NCBI GenBank assembly: GCA_951406725.2
Contig: OX597825.1
Span: 89,032,001 to 89,096,000, forward strand
DNA: 64,000 bases
Direction of reading: 5' to 3'
DNA from: Octopus vulgaris
Lineage: Eukaryota
Shown here: positions 1-12,999 of the stretch, piece after piece
How the letters are laid out: every line of letters begins with the position of its first letter
Position numbering within the stretch: the stretch's first letter is position 1
The notes under the pieces: model-generated
What the model was told of the DNA's origin: nothing
Databases searched by the model: none
What the model saw: only the letters and a program-made list of their open reading frames with translations
Position numbers and translations under genes: made by a program

Positions 1-161
1 CGTGGCTTCCTTCTGAGAATATAAGTAAATAAGATATAGACAGGTCATACATCTTTCTCAACATTTGTTTCTTCACTATATCATTGTCAGTTTTCAGCAT
101 ATGTAATTTGTATATAACGAAATGATCTTCATCTATAATTACTCTTACACATATCTACTCA

Positions 162-192
<31 letters not shown>

Positions 193-290
193 TCAATATA
201 AGCAACAGGATTTCAAGTATAATGCAGTACGACCATTTCAAGCGGTTCCATTTAAATGAACAACGGACACAATTACATATACATATATGT

Positions 291-327
<37 letters not shown>

Positions 328-539
328 TATGTGTGTGTGTGTATTAAAGTCCTTTTTTGTATATGTATCTGTACGCATTATTTCTATACTATTACACTTA
401 CTTATATCAGTACATATTTTCTAATATATTTAATTATGTCTATCTATTTATTATCATTATCGTATTATTCTGCTTCAAATCAATAGGTAGTATATATATA
501 TATCTTTCCAGATATTCCATATGTAAGTGGTTTGAGTGA

Positions 540-1347
540 TCTTTATAGAGACTACCGAATAACTAATTAAGTAAAGAGGAGGTATTAGATTTATTCTACA
601 TAATAGTAATCTTCCTTTTAATGTTTATATTCGATACATACACACATTTGAGCTATTTCGGTTACGATATCATTTTCTTGCAATTTAAAAAAAATTATTT
701 TATTTTGATACAACCTTAATAATATTGCTTATAAACGTTCCCCAATCGAGCCCCTAATATTTTTCCTGTATCTCATTATAACACCTTAAGTTTCATAGTG
801 CATTAGTCCTTTAACTGGTAATAAATCATGAATTAACGTCAACCCTACCCTGCCACTTCTATCAAATTGACTCTTTCTAAAGCTTTGCTTCTTTTTTCTT
901 GTGGGTAAATGGGTTACCGTTGACAATATCTATGAGCTGTCAACTCACATTTGCGCTTTATTCTAAACATACACTGTCTTCTAGCCTCAGATTTTAGTAG
1001 ATGATAAAAGGATAAGTAAATTGGAAATGGATTACAACCCTATGAACCCACTATGCGCCATGCTATTCTAAGAAATTACAGTTTTCTTAGCCATTCTTAC
1101 TACAATAACGACAACATGAATTTCTTCCATCTTGCTGTGTTAAATTATCTAAGAAAAATTATAATAATGTATCTTGTCTGTTGAACTTCCATATTTTTTT
1201 TGCAGCTGAAGATAACACTGTATTTAAGTTGAGGTAATGTTGCATTGTTTAATTAAATGGAGCCGAGCTTGAAACGTTCAAGATGTGCGCATGTCACCGG
1301 ACTGACTTTGTGCTTCTACTTAACTACCTAAATCAACTGAATTTTAA
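540..1347 (+). mobile_element. Highly decayed PLE 3' end / pLTR
   Basis: CTGAAGA (1206-1212)...cttGAAAcg remnant. The segment ttgaggtaatgttgcattg..aaatggagccgagcttgaaacg is homologous in reverse to 205-278 and 51195-51262. It ends at a microsatellite. Confidence 0.4.
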
Positions 1348-1376
1348 TTACTTCTTATGTATGTATACATACATAT

Positions 1377-1412
<36 letters not shown>

Positions 1413-1450
1413 ACACACACACACATACACACACACATACACACACACAT

Positions 1451-1489
<39 letters not shown>

Positions 1490-1494
<5 letters not shown>

Positions 1495-1909
1495 CAATAA
1501 GGGTTTTTGCAACAAGTTGCTTAACCACATACCGAAAATTTTAGAAATAGCAGCCAAAGGACTACTATTTCCTTTTACTACAAAAACATGTCCCCACATA
1601 CAACAATATTTGTAACTTAGATATGGCAAAAAAGAAGAAAAATAATGAAATCAAACAGTCTTCGGTTAATTATGGACGTACATTTCTGGATTAGAATCAT
1701 AAGACTCATTTCTTTTATCAACAAAATATTCCGATAAATCTAGAAATGCTAGGAAAACTTACCTCCTATATTTCCGATCAAACGACATCGAAACATATAA
1801 AAGCTAATCAGCATATCCACATTTATATAGACAAGTGAATTCGGGCTGCTATTTCTAAAATTGTCGGTATGTGGTTAAGTAACTTGTTACAAAAACCCTT
1901 ATTGTTATA
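1490..1909. repeat. Inverted repeat pair, 66-bp arms (1490-1555 / 1844-1909)
   Basis: 3 mismatches in 66 bp. The left arm starts directly at a (TA)n tract. Confidence 0.92.
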
Positions 1910-2265
1910 ATAATATAAGTTTTTACCGAATATGGTCCTTTTCCATACCGAAATACTACTAGGTGAAATTTGTTGATTTTATTAACTTAATTATATTTCA
2001 TCCTATATCTATATATATATCTATATATATATAATACAAAGCAAGATAGGGGTTATGGGTGTAACCCACTATGGGATTTCATGATTTCATTAATTTATAA
2101 TATGACTTTTAAAATCTGTATTTGTATTATTATCTTATCTATTGATATATATAATATTTTTGTATTGTTTTGATGTTCACATTTGTAAAATGAATAAATA
2201 ATCCAACATTATAATATCCGTAAGTTGATGAACAAACGATATTTGTTTCTCCATGTTCTTATATG

Positions 2266-2359
<94 letters not shown>

Positions 2360-2447
2360 CGGGAAGCTTTATGAAAATAGACAAAAGACGAAGGCAGGTG
2401 GAAAACAAACAATTAGTATGGCGCGCAGGAAATATAAATAAAACAAG

Positions 2448-2485
2448 TCTTTAACGTTTCGAGCCTACGCTCTTCAACAGAAAGA
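2448..2485 (-). ncRNA. Minimal type I hammerhead ribozyme motif in PLE pLTR (CUGUUGA core variant)
   Basis: Minus strand reads TCTTT-CTGTTGA-A-GAGC(GTAG)GCTC-GAAA-CG-TT-AAAGA: 5-bp stem I, 4-bp stem II, palindromic AACGTT stem III. Confidence 0.75.
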
Positions 2486-2608
2486 TACACAGAGAGAAAA
2501 AAAACACAGAAAGAAGGAGAGAAAAAAAATGCGTGCAGTAACTAACGAATCAACATGGCGATCTGATTTCGGCCAGAAGTCAAAGATCAAACAATGACCA
2601 GCTCCAAC

Positions 2609-2898
2609 ATAAGGGTGTGTGTGTGTGTGTGTGAGTGTGTGTATGAGAGAGTATTAGTGCGTATGAGAGGTCTGGACGTGTGTATGTATAGGGTTGGTGT
2701 ATGTATTAGTATGTATTAGTATGTATTAGTATGTATTAGTACGTATTAGTATGTATAAGGGTGTGTGTGTGTATGAGAGAGTATTAGTGCGTATGAGAGA
2801 TCTGGACGTGTGTATGTATAGGGTTGGTGTATGTATTAGTATGTATTAGTATGTATTAGTATGTATTAGTATGTATTAGTTGGTGTATGTATTAGTAT
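2609..2898. repeat. Duplicated ~125-150 bp unit containing (GTATGTATTA)n decamers
   Basis: Two copies of aagggtgtg..gagagagtattagtgcgtatgagag..tctggacgtg..gggttggtgt, each followed by decamer repeats. Confidence 0.9.
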
Positions 2899-2904
2899 GG
2901 CACA

Positions 2905-4425
2905 TCATATATGATGTGATGTGTAAAGTCGTGTGGTGTAGTGTGGAGAGAGGAGAAGAGGGGGGTGAGGGGGAGAAGAGGGTGGAGAAGAGGAGGGGGA
3001 GAGAGGGGGAGAAAGGGGGAGAAGGAAGGAGGAAAGAGGGAGAGGGGGAGAGAGAAGGGGAGTGAGGGAGCAGAGGGAAGGGGAAGAGGGAAGGAGGGAG
3101 GGAGAAGGAGGGAGGGAGAAAGAGGGAAGAAGGGAAGGGGAGTAGGGGTGAAAGGATGAAGGACTGAATAAGTAGGGGTCGGGGGGAAAGGTAGGTGAGG
3201 AGGGGGGGAGGGGGTTAGATGAGGAGGGGGGAGAGTTGAGACCAAATGGTGTATAAGAGCGAAGAGAGAAGATTAATTCCTGTTCACGGCGCAAACGGGA
3301 ATCCGGATGGCCTCTGTGTAAGGACAAACCGAACACAGATAGGTGTTGCAAGGAGTGACCGGTGGAGCGGAAATGGCGTGAGACTGGTGTGTCGTTCGCA
3401 AGGTGGATGTCACGAAGGTGTTCCGCGAACCGGTCAGCCAAGCGGCGTCCCGTCTGTCCGATGTACAAGGAATGGCAGAGAGAGCAAGAGACGCAATAGA
3501 TAATATTGCTGGAGGTGCAGGTGAAGGAGTGGATGATAGGATAGGGTCGATGATGGGTGCTAGTGAGGAGGGTGGTGTTGGAGAGGTAAGGGCAAGTGCG
3601 GCAACGTGGGCGGGAGCAGGGGAACGAGCCGGGTTGGGAGGTAGGGTCAGGGAAGGAGCTATGGACCAAAAGGTCTCGAAGGTTGTGGGCTCGTTTGAAA
3701 GAGGGGAGGGGTCGGTTAGGGAAGAGGTGTGAAGTGGACGGGTCGGACTGGAGATGACGGAAAGCTCGAAGAATGGTGCGTTGGAGAGGTAGGGTCGTGG
3801 GGTGGTAAGTGAGGGGAAAAGGGATGCGGGAGACTACAGGGCGGGTTCGAGGAGAGAGAGTAGATACACGGTCCACGGACCGTGCTCTGGCAAGGGCGAT
3901 GTGGATAGTGGTGAAGGGGTATCCACGTAGGGTGAAGTGGTGAGCCATACGTTGAGACTGAGTCTCAAAGTCATGGTCGTCACTACAGAGCCTACGTAGA
4001 CGGAGGAATTGGGAATAGGGGATGGAAAGCTTGGTGTGTTCTGGGTGGGAGGAAGAGAAGTTGAGGTATGAGTGTGAGTCTGTGTGTTTGTAGTGAATGG
4101 AGGTGGTAAGAGTGGAGTGAAGAATGCTAACCGAAATGTCGAGGAAGGAGACAGAGGTGTTGGAGATAGTGGAAGTGAAGTGGAGGGCTGGATGGAAAGA
4201 TTGGACGAAAGAGAGGAAGGAATCTAGATGTTCACGGGAGAGTGAGGTGGCACCGATAATGTCGTCAATGTAACGACCATATAGTTCAGGAGTGGGACCA
4301 GTGAAATTAGAGAATATTTGGGCCTCAACATAGCCAACGTACAGGTATGCATAGTTGGGGCCCATTCGCGTTCCCATGGCCACTCCCGAGATCTGATGGT
4401 TAATTAAATCATATGTGGCACACAT
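2905..4425 (-). CDS. PLE reverse transcriptase C-terminal half + Cys linker + GIY-YIG endonuclease (N-terminally truncated)
   Basis: Motifs: GVAMGTRMGPNYA, YGRYIDDI, FLDISV, YKHTDSHSYL, SIPYSQFLRLRRLCS, RGYP; linker CSRPRCRTC; NIIYCVSC..LYIGQTGRRLADRFAEH..RREQELI..GLN. The first ~9 aa come from flanking DNA and the tail after GLN is low-complexity. Confidence 0.92.
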   Translation of the reverse strand: MCATYDLINHQISGVAMGTRMGPNYAYLYVGYVEAQIFSNFTGPTPELYGRYIDDIIGATSLSREHLDSFLSFVQSFHPALHFTSTISNTSVSFLDISVSILHSTLTTSIHYKHTDSHSYLNFSSSHPEHTKLSIPYSQFLRLRRLCSDDHDFETQSQRMAHHFTLRGYPFTTIHIALARARSVDRVSTLSPRTRPVVSRIPFPLTYHPTTLPLQRTILRAFRHLQSDPSTSHLFPNRPLPSFKRAHNLRDLLVHSSFPDPTSQPGSFPCSRPRCRTCPYLSNTTLLTSTHHRPYPIIHSFTCTSSNIIYCVSCSLCHSLYIGQTGRRLADRFAEHLRDIHLANDTPVSRHFRSTGHSLQHLSVFGLSLHRGHPDSRLRREQELIFSLRSYTPFGLNSPPSSSNPLPPSSPTFPPDPYLFSPSSFHPYSPSLLPSFSLPPSPSLLPSSPSLCSLTPLLSPPLPLSSFLLPLSPPLSPSSSPPSSPPHPPLLLSPHYTTRLYTSHHI

Positions 4426-5024
4426 AGCAAACCGATTTGTGTATTAAACACAAACCACAGACTGTCTAGGGGACGCAACTCGACCTTTTTAACTCTCGGA
4501 ACAGGTTGGGTAAGTATTCCAAAATGTATAAAAATGTACAAAAACGGCAAAAAAGCGGGCAGCAATGTGAGTGACAACAACGAAAAAGTCAAAAGTGACT
4601 AATCTGAACAAACGAATGGAAAAGGTTTTTTGGTGCACACGACACAAGCGGTTTATAATAAACCTAGAGTATGGAAGTAGCGTCCGAGGACCCTTAGGGT
4701 ACGTCAAAAATTTAAGGTAAAACGTTTGGGATGGTAGTTATAAAGAAAGTTTAAACAAAAAAAGTATTCGAATAACTTGCGGCTGCAGCAGCTATTAGCA
4801 GAAGTGGCAGTGTTGGGGGTAATGTCTCGAATGTAATTTTTTCCTGGTAGGAATTGGTTGGGTTGAATTATCGATAGCTGTTTGATAGTTATTTGGGAGT
4901 GAAGAGAAGACATTGCAACCTACACATGCGCCTTCGTTCCTTAGAGGGAAATGACTAGATTGGGATTAGTCGTTCCCTACTAGGGGCTCTTACATACCCG
5001 GGCAACGCCGGGCTATGCTGCTAG
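4401..5024 (+). mobile_element. Non-autonomous Helitron 3' part
   Basis: Subterminal hairpin CCCGG-gcaacg-CCGGG (4997-5012), then CTAG (5021-5024) followed by T and (TA)n. The 5' end was not identified and the left boundary is approximate. Confidence 0.7.
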
Positions 5025-5049
5025 TATATATATAAACATATATATACAT

Positions 5050-5108
<59 letters not shown>

Positions 5109-5259
5109 TATATATGTGATTGTGTGTATATATACAGAGGTACAGAGAGAGAGAGAGAGAGAGAGAGGGGGTAATTATGCAGATTAACAAATAAGATATT
5201 TTAAATGCAGCAGTTTGGGTAAGAAATACAGAACATCTAATATATGTATGCATGCAAAA

Positions 5260-6640
5260 CGAGAGTGAGCGAAAGCGGAAATTTTCAGACGATGAATATT
5301 TAAGTATAAATATATTGAAACTTATATTGATAGATAGGCAAGTAAGAGGTGTTATAAGTCCAACATCCGTTTCTGTGGTCTCGTAAATCTATCATAATTT
5401 TGTTATGTGTAGTTCATCACAATATACAGCCATAGTGGAAGGAATTAACATTGGATAAATCAATCCTCCGACATCAGGGTTGAGAAGATCTTACATTTCA
5501 AATGTTAATAAGTTCAAAGGTGGAATCATGAAGTGTGCAGAGCTAACCGTATTAGTGGAAAGAAGTAGGAAGATTAGTGGGGTTATGGGGAGTGTTAAGA
5601 CAGAGAATTGCGAGAGGAGGTAAGAAAACCAGTTCAGGAAGAGTGAGGCCGTTAATAATGAGGGTATCAAGGGAATGGCAGTATGGATGGGGAATTAGGA
5701 GATGAGCAGAAGGTGTGGGAGGTGTAGTAATTGAATGGTGGTCTGCCGTTGCGTTTGTGTATATGTGTCAAGGTTTAGGGATAAATTCTATAGAATTATT
5801 GGAAGTTGAGATAGTGAGAATAGGAATGACAGTTATTTGAGGAAGGGAAAGTGTAAAATTCAGTGGCAGAGGGAGATTTATAGGATATGTAGAAAATTAT
5901 GAGAGAAGATATAGGGAGGTGGACAGAGTGAGATGGTGGGTTTGAGTCGGTGATCGATGTAGCAGGGATTAGTAGAATAATGTTGGTAATGGAGAGGAAG
6001 TACTGAGGAATGTAGAGGTGCATGAAATTGAACAGAGGGAGTTAAATAGAGAGGGAGGAAGAGGTTGATAGGTTAGTAGCTATTTCAGAGAGATAGATTT
6101 AAGTGCTTTCAGTTGAATAGGAAAAGGGAGAGAATTAGGATACAATACCATTTGTGAGGATGGGGTGGCTGTGAGGGAGGTGGGACGTGGTGGGTTGCAG
6201 GAATTTGAAAAGGTATTCATGGGAAGGAATAATTTAGTTGGAAGGGTGGTGTTAGCAGAGTGGGTAAGTTGCTAGGCTGACCTAGTGGTACCCAATAGTT
6301 AATTATAATTAAGGATAATCACAGCTATGAGATTATATAAATTCAATAAAATGTGAGAATGGTGAGTAGAACCTGTGTTTACAAGAGACTATTACATCTG
6401 AAACCCTATTAAGTAATGAGGGGTTGTAGTTGCAAAGGATGGTTAGCAATCCCCTTAAACATAATTTACAAATACCGGGTTTGTGTTGCATGGGGAGTCG
6501 CACTTATGACGAACATGGGATTTTGTGGTCGTTTAAATAAGCTGCTAAGGAGGTAGATAATTTAGAATTTGGGTTGTAGAAAGAATTCACGTGTGCTCTG
6601 TAGTTTCTACTCTGTGTTAGCTAGATCTGTTTTTAAATAT
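5260..6640 (-). mobile_element. Decayed PLE: GIY-YIG C-terminus plus long 3' pLTR
   Basis: Minus-strand translation near 6365-6600 gives SKLSTSLAAYL and PGICKLCLRGLLTILCNYNPSLLNRVSDVIVSCKHR (CxxC..LLN..CxH of PLE endonucleases). A hammerhead remnant lies at 5355-5490. Confidence 0.6.
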
Positions 6641-8098
6641 TTCTATATATTCATACTTAAATATCCATCGCCTGAAGGAATCCACTCCCCCTCTCTCTTT
6701 CGTTTTTCCTGTATACGTATATATACATATATTGTATTTCATACCCAAACTGTATATATGTAATATATATAATTTGTTTATCCGCATAATTGCCTCCATA
6801 TCTGCTGCACAATCTGATCCCTCTTTAGCAATAAGGATGTTTGGTTGTCGTATGAAATACGGTTTACGTTATGATAATATGATGTCTTCTGTTAAATGAA
6901 GTCAGGATAGATATCAATAAACAAAGGCGAATTACAGTTGACCACACTGAAACCTTTATTACTGTCGCTAATATTAGGTACAGCTGCTTGGACGTTAATA
7001 ACGGATCCCTTGTAAAGATATCGGAGTTTAAGTTTGAATCATTTGTGCACTATTGTCTTCTATACTGAGTATCTTCACAAACTAGAAACGCCTAAAAGCT
7101 CTACAAGATTTAGAATTTCAAATAAGAAGTATAAACAACGCAGAACCACAAGAACACAATGTATATATCCACCATCAGCTACATAATGGATTTCATTATA
7201 GTTTCAACATTTAGGCAGTCCCGTCTCATCCTGTGATTTCAACAGTTGAGATACGATAGAGATGCAAAATATTTATGCAATAACTCCTTTACATTTATGA
7301 ATGTTTGTATGTAAGAATGTACAGATGCCTGTATATTATGAGGCGTAAATACATGTGAATGCATCCATCATAAAAATGTATAACCTTCAGAATGAAAATA
7401 TATAGTTTCATTTACGTATTCACCATATTTATAAATTACTGTATAGAATTAAAAAATCAAAATATCTTTACTTTTATTATGTCGTGGTTTGTGTCATATA
7501 TTAGTGCAGTCCCGGGCATCATAGCGGGTGACAGTCTATATTCTGTCACTTTTCGTACAAGTACGTAGTAATACTGAAAACTTGATAGTTTAGCCTGTAA
7601 AGTTGTACCTGTAAGAAGAGTTACCGTTGTCACAATAGCTTATCAGGAAAGATCGATTTCTGTTTGGTACAGGCAGTACCACACAAAGCCTTGACTTTTG
7701 CCAGCGCTACTGAGCACGGATTTTCGGAAATAATACAAGTTTACACTTTGGTAAATCTTGTCCAATTAGAATCGAGCATTAGTTAAGGGCTGGAAAAGGC
7801 TGGAAATCACATTGTGCAGTATTTAGTTTGAAAGTTATCATTATTGCTGTTGATGAAAATGATGATGAGTTGTAGGAGGAGGAGTTGATTCTTTCTGGAG
7901 AGACAGAGAAAGGCAGACACAAGGAAAATGCCACTTATATTTGAACACTATACAAATATTCCTTTAAAAAACTTTTCTTTTAATTTTTCTAAATTGAATT
8001 ATTCAATCGTTACAGTTGAAAAGGTATCAAAATGACAGAAACCGGTACCGAAATGTTCTTTATAAAATTATTTTAGCATTTTCTATCTTGACTTGTTT

Positions 8099-8803
<705 letters not shown>

Positions 8804-10717
8804 ATTTGAGTGCGTTATTTTCCTCATGTCGTGACATCTGGCAACGGTAGTAAGCAAATACTTACGTCGGTGTATAATATTCTAAGCGAAATGGTCATCT
8901 GCCACATTTTAAATGTATATAATTCAATTGGTAAAAATTACTTCTAGTTTGGTTGACCAATCCTTTTTACAGCGTTCACATATAATGAAAGCTTGTAATA
9001 TTCAACTTGAGTGTACATGTATGTGTTTTACGTTGTACCATGTAATACAGCAGCCATATTGTAATTGCAATCATTTGACCATCTCATTCGATGTAAACAC
9101 TAGCATTCATTTATGTTACTAATTGAACAGAAGAAAGCCCCAACACAATGTTTTTTTACAACTCTGATGAACATGAGTCTAATGGTTTCTCATTGGGCGA
9201 ACTTCATTAAGAATTCATTGCCTGCAAATGCTAACACAAGATATTTGACAAGTAAGTATGGAAGGAAATATTTAATCAGATTTTATGTAAGTCATGTCGC
9301 CATTAAAGGTATATTTCTTACAAAAGGTTAATGATGCAGTCTGTGATAAGTAGAAATAATTCATTCCTATCACAATGAAAAAAAAATATTTGGTAGAGGT
9401 TTATCGATAATCAAATCACTGGAATGATTAATGACGGTGGGAATGTGTGATCTTTCGTTCGGAACACTTGCTACATAGTTTTTCACCGAAAAGTCAATAT
9501 ATTAGAGAAGTGAAGCTCTCAGTATCATGATTAATGTATATTAGTTCAAATGATTAACGTGATCGACATATAAAGACAAGGACATTAAATCCTCATCGTG
9601 TAATCAGAAACTAATTAATCAATAAACAAATTAAAAGATCGCTACAACCATAAAAACCACTGCAGATAAAACTCCTTTCTAATAACGAAATTGCTTTTTG
9701 CATAAAAGCTATTTTCTCATTACTCTGTAAATGTTATTCAGAATTTCCTCAAGGTTCCCAATTTCATTTGATTATTTTTTAAATATCTACATAAGATAAA
9801 AACTTATCAAGTCACTTCATATCTGTAGTGTTACAAAAGCAAAGAGAATCACAGAGACCTTCTTTTAGCGAAATATCCTTTTTGGTAATTTAAAATATTG
9901 ATAGTTTCAATTTGTCTCTTCTAATTCTAATGCAGGTTTCTCAATCTCAAAGATTTTATTGCTTGAAGTATCAATGATTTTATTGGTTACAAAACTTTAC
10001 ATCAATTAAATACTACATGTTATCGAATATTGTAAAAACGCACGGTAGAAATCAATAAACTATGCAAAACTGGTCATAATCAAAATTCCGTTTTCCGTCC
10101 TGCTTAAGCTTGAGCATTATGAGAGGTGAAAGTGTAACACCAACTTGATGTGCTTCCCAATCTATAATAAATATATGAACAACTGCCAAGTTTATGCGAC
10201 ACCGTAATTCGAACAAGTGCCGCACAATCAACAATTCATTCTAAATGAAAGACTCATACGCAATAAACTCCGACTTTGTATTTGGCTTTCATCAAACTAT
10301 ATCCGGCTTTGTAGAACACGTGGCAGTTTCGGGAGGTCGGTATAAAAAGACTTAATTACAAGCTTTGTCTTTTATTAAATTTTAATTCAACTATTTAAGT
10401 TTAGTTAAAGCCCTTCTATTCCAGATTTCGCCTTCGTGTCTGGAATTTCACACACAAACAGTCAAACGCATATATGCCCTCACACACACTTCTGAGTATG
10501 TGTACCCTCACACACTTCTGAGCTGCAAACATACCCAACCATCGCTTTTCTGAATGTCCTGAAGAAAGGGTCTTTACCCCGAAATATAGAAATACAAGGC
10601 ACTGCAACTTTGTTCTGTTTTTAATTTGTACTTTACTTTGTACTTTCTCGTATTGTTCCAGGCTTACACATCTACATTCATTCCATTACACCTTACAATA
10701 CTTCACAAAAACTATCT

Positions 10718-10768
<51 letters not shown>

Positions 10769-11959
10769 ATTCAGTCATACAACGATCTACAAATAGGAAG
10801 CATTCTCTAAGTCGATTTTGTTTGTTAAATATGCTTTCGCGTCTTATATTATCTACATATTTGGTTTCCTCCATTCAGCGATGTTTCAAATTGGATTTAC
10901 CTATGCAGTCCCCCACCTCTGCTGGAAAAACTTCGAAAGTCTGAAAAATCAAGAAAACTCTTTCTGTCGTTAATTATGACTTGCTTTCAATATTGTGGAC
11001 GGGTTTGAATATATTTTTTTATATTTTCATCGTTATTGAATTTGACAAGCGATGAGAAAAGAAAAGAAAAAAAACGTGTGTTTGGATTAACACACAAATG
11101 CACACACACACATATGCATACAGACATACACACGCGCACCCACACACACATATATAACGTATGTATAAATGTGTCAGTATATGGTGAACACCAGTAGTGT
11201 TAGGAGTCAGTGGGAGATTCCCTCCTCTTACACCCTGCTGGCTATTTTATGTTGGCTGCAATTTGCAACTAGAATATGGCAATGTTAACACAGAGTAGCA
11301 TCATGTCGACATTCCACGGGGAACAAACATAGCGTGAAGGTTGACATCAATTTCTAAACAAGAAAACAAGAAAAATTATAAAATTTTAAGAATAATAAGC
11401 TGAAGAAGATAATCGATAACTTGTTCGTATTCTTAATATGAGGATGAATAACAAAAAAATCGCAGAAAATTCTCAGCGAATTCTGTAAATAGATTATATA
11501 CAAAAAAATGATTGCTATAAAATGTCGAGGGTGATTTTGTCATAAAATTAATAACGTGATCCAAAAACATTAAACATGTCATTTATGGCAGAAAACTATA
11601 CAAACGTTGTAAAAAGAGTTAAGTCAATGTTTCCTGACGAAATAGAAAAAAAGATAAAAGAAAACAACTTCCATTACCTGAAGATTTTCCAATGATTTTT
11701 ATGAGAGACGCTTGTGTAGTAAGGAGGAGGAGGCAGGCGGAGAGATGGCGATGCGTTGCTGCTGCTGAGTTTTCAACAGACTAATCCTTATTACCACAAT
11801 TATTTGTTGTTAGGTGAATTTTAAAATCTCATCATCGTCGTTATCATCATGATCATCATCATGATCATCATCGTCATCATCATCATCAATATCGTCATTA
11901 ACATTATCCAATGATGAATCACCAAAGATAGCAAAATTTCTTCAAATATTATTTTAAAA

Positions 11960-12140
11960 GGTGGATTGGCGGAATTGATAGACCAGTACCAGATTAACTT
12001 ACAGGCTTTTATGTTCTGATTTTTTTTACGTACATTTGCACTCGACTCTACTTTTCATCCTTTCAATATCGTTAAAGTAACAATCCGTTGAGCAATTGTG
12101 TCGAAGGAATCAACTGGTTTCTGATCTCTGTGCCTTGGAA
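11960..12140 (+). mobile_element. Degenerate tRNA-derived SINE
   Basis: ttttcatcctttc...gttgagcaattgtgtcgaaggaatcaact resembles the SINE at 29913-30143. Confidence 0.45.
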
Positions 12141-12999
12141 TGACATTCTTGTCAGTTATCCTAATCTGAGCATCACAGTTTTATATCGATCCATGGTTAT
12201 GTTATAACTGTACTGGACTTTGCCTATTTAAACAACTTGTTTTCTTTTTTCTGCCAAAATCATGCTATGCTTGTACTCTAACTGGTCAGTGAAGCACTAA
12301 TACAACGTTTTCCCTCAAATGAAAGGAAGAAAGAAGGAAATCCTACGATTTCGTTGAGACACCAAGAACTGTGACAAATCTACGAAAAGTAACCTCACGA
12401 TCACTGTCATGAGCTGCACCAGTGTTGTTGAAGCTGATGGCAAGGTTAGCAACAGAAGTGACACATCAAATAGATATAAATACATCATCCACGTCGTCAC
12501 CATAGCTTATAACAACTCTGACAAATAATCAGCCGCGGTATATCCACCGGAAAGGTTATTTCTTGCGCGAATAAAATGAACTTCTAAAAGAATACCGTAA
12601 TCAATAGGAAACTGAGTCTAGCAGGAATATTCTCCCCCCATAATGTCTGTTCAGTAAAGGATTACAATGTAAAAATATCTGCTACAGGTTTATCGACAAT
12701 CAAATCACTGCAATGATTAATGATGGTGGAAATGTGTGATATTTTTTATGTCCGTTCAGAAAATGAGTCTATTGAAATGGTGATCATTAAAATAGTGAAT
12801 CTTCTAAAAGCTTGAAAGTGTTCAAAACGGAGAAACGGAATCATGTGGTACAACAAGCCAGTAAAACTGCACAACGGAGCCGGGCAAATACTTTGTCCCA
12901 GGAAAGAATAATTTCACAATTACATGCAGATAAGATTCGATCTAATCTTCTGGTGATCATTAAGTTACTGTCTCCTAATCTACTACTAATCTTCTGCAT

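Larger units (their letters stand above)
2359..4400 (-). mobile_element. Penelope-like retroelement (Neptune-like), 5'-truncated, 3' end abutting (TA)n
   Basis: Contains the RT-GIY-YIG ORF, a purine-rich/tandem 3' region and a terminal pLTR with a hammerhead motif. It ends at the (TA)n tract 2268-2358. RT homology stops at about 4400. Confidence 0.9.

Noticed and set aside
2008-2040. TCTATATATATA as the 5' end of the Helitron ending at 5024
   Set aside because: It lies in an interrupted TA tract within what looks like pLTR-type sequence, and the link cannot be shown without a consensus.
7636-7646. TAGCTTATCAG matches the 5' end of vertebrate miR-21
   Set aside because: Only 11 nt match and there is no supporting hairpin, so chance is likely.
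10315-10350. CACGTG E-box followed by TATAAAAAG as a promoter
   Set aside because: Short motifs are common in AT-rich DNA and no downstream gene was identified.
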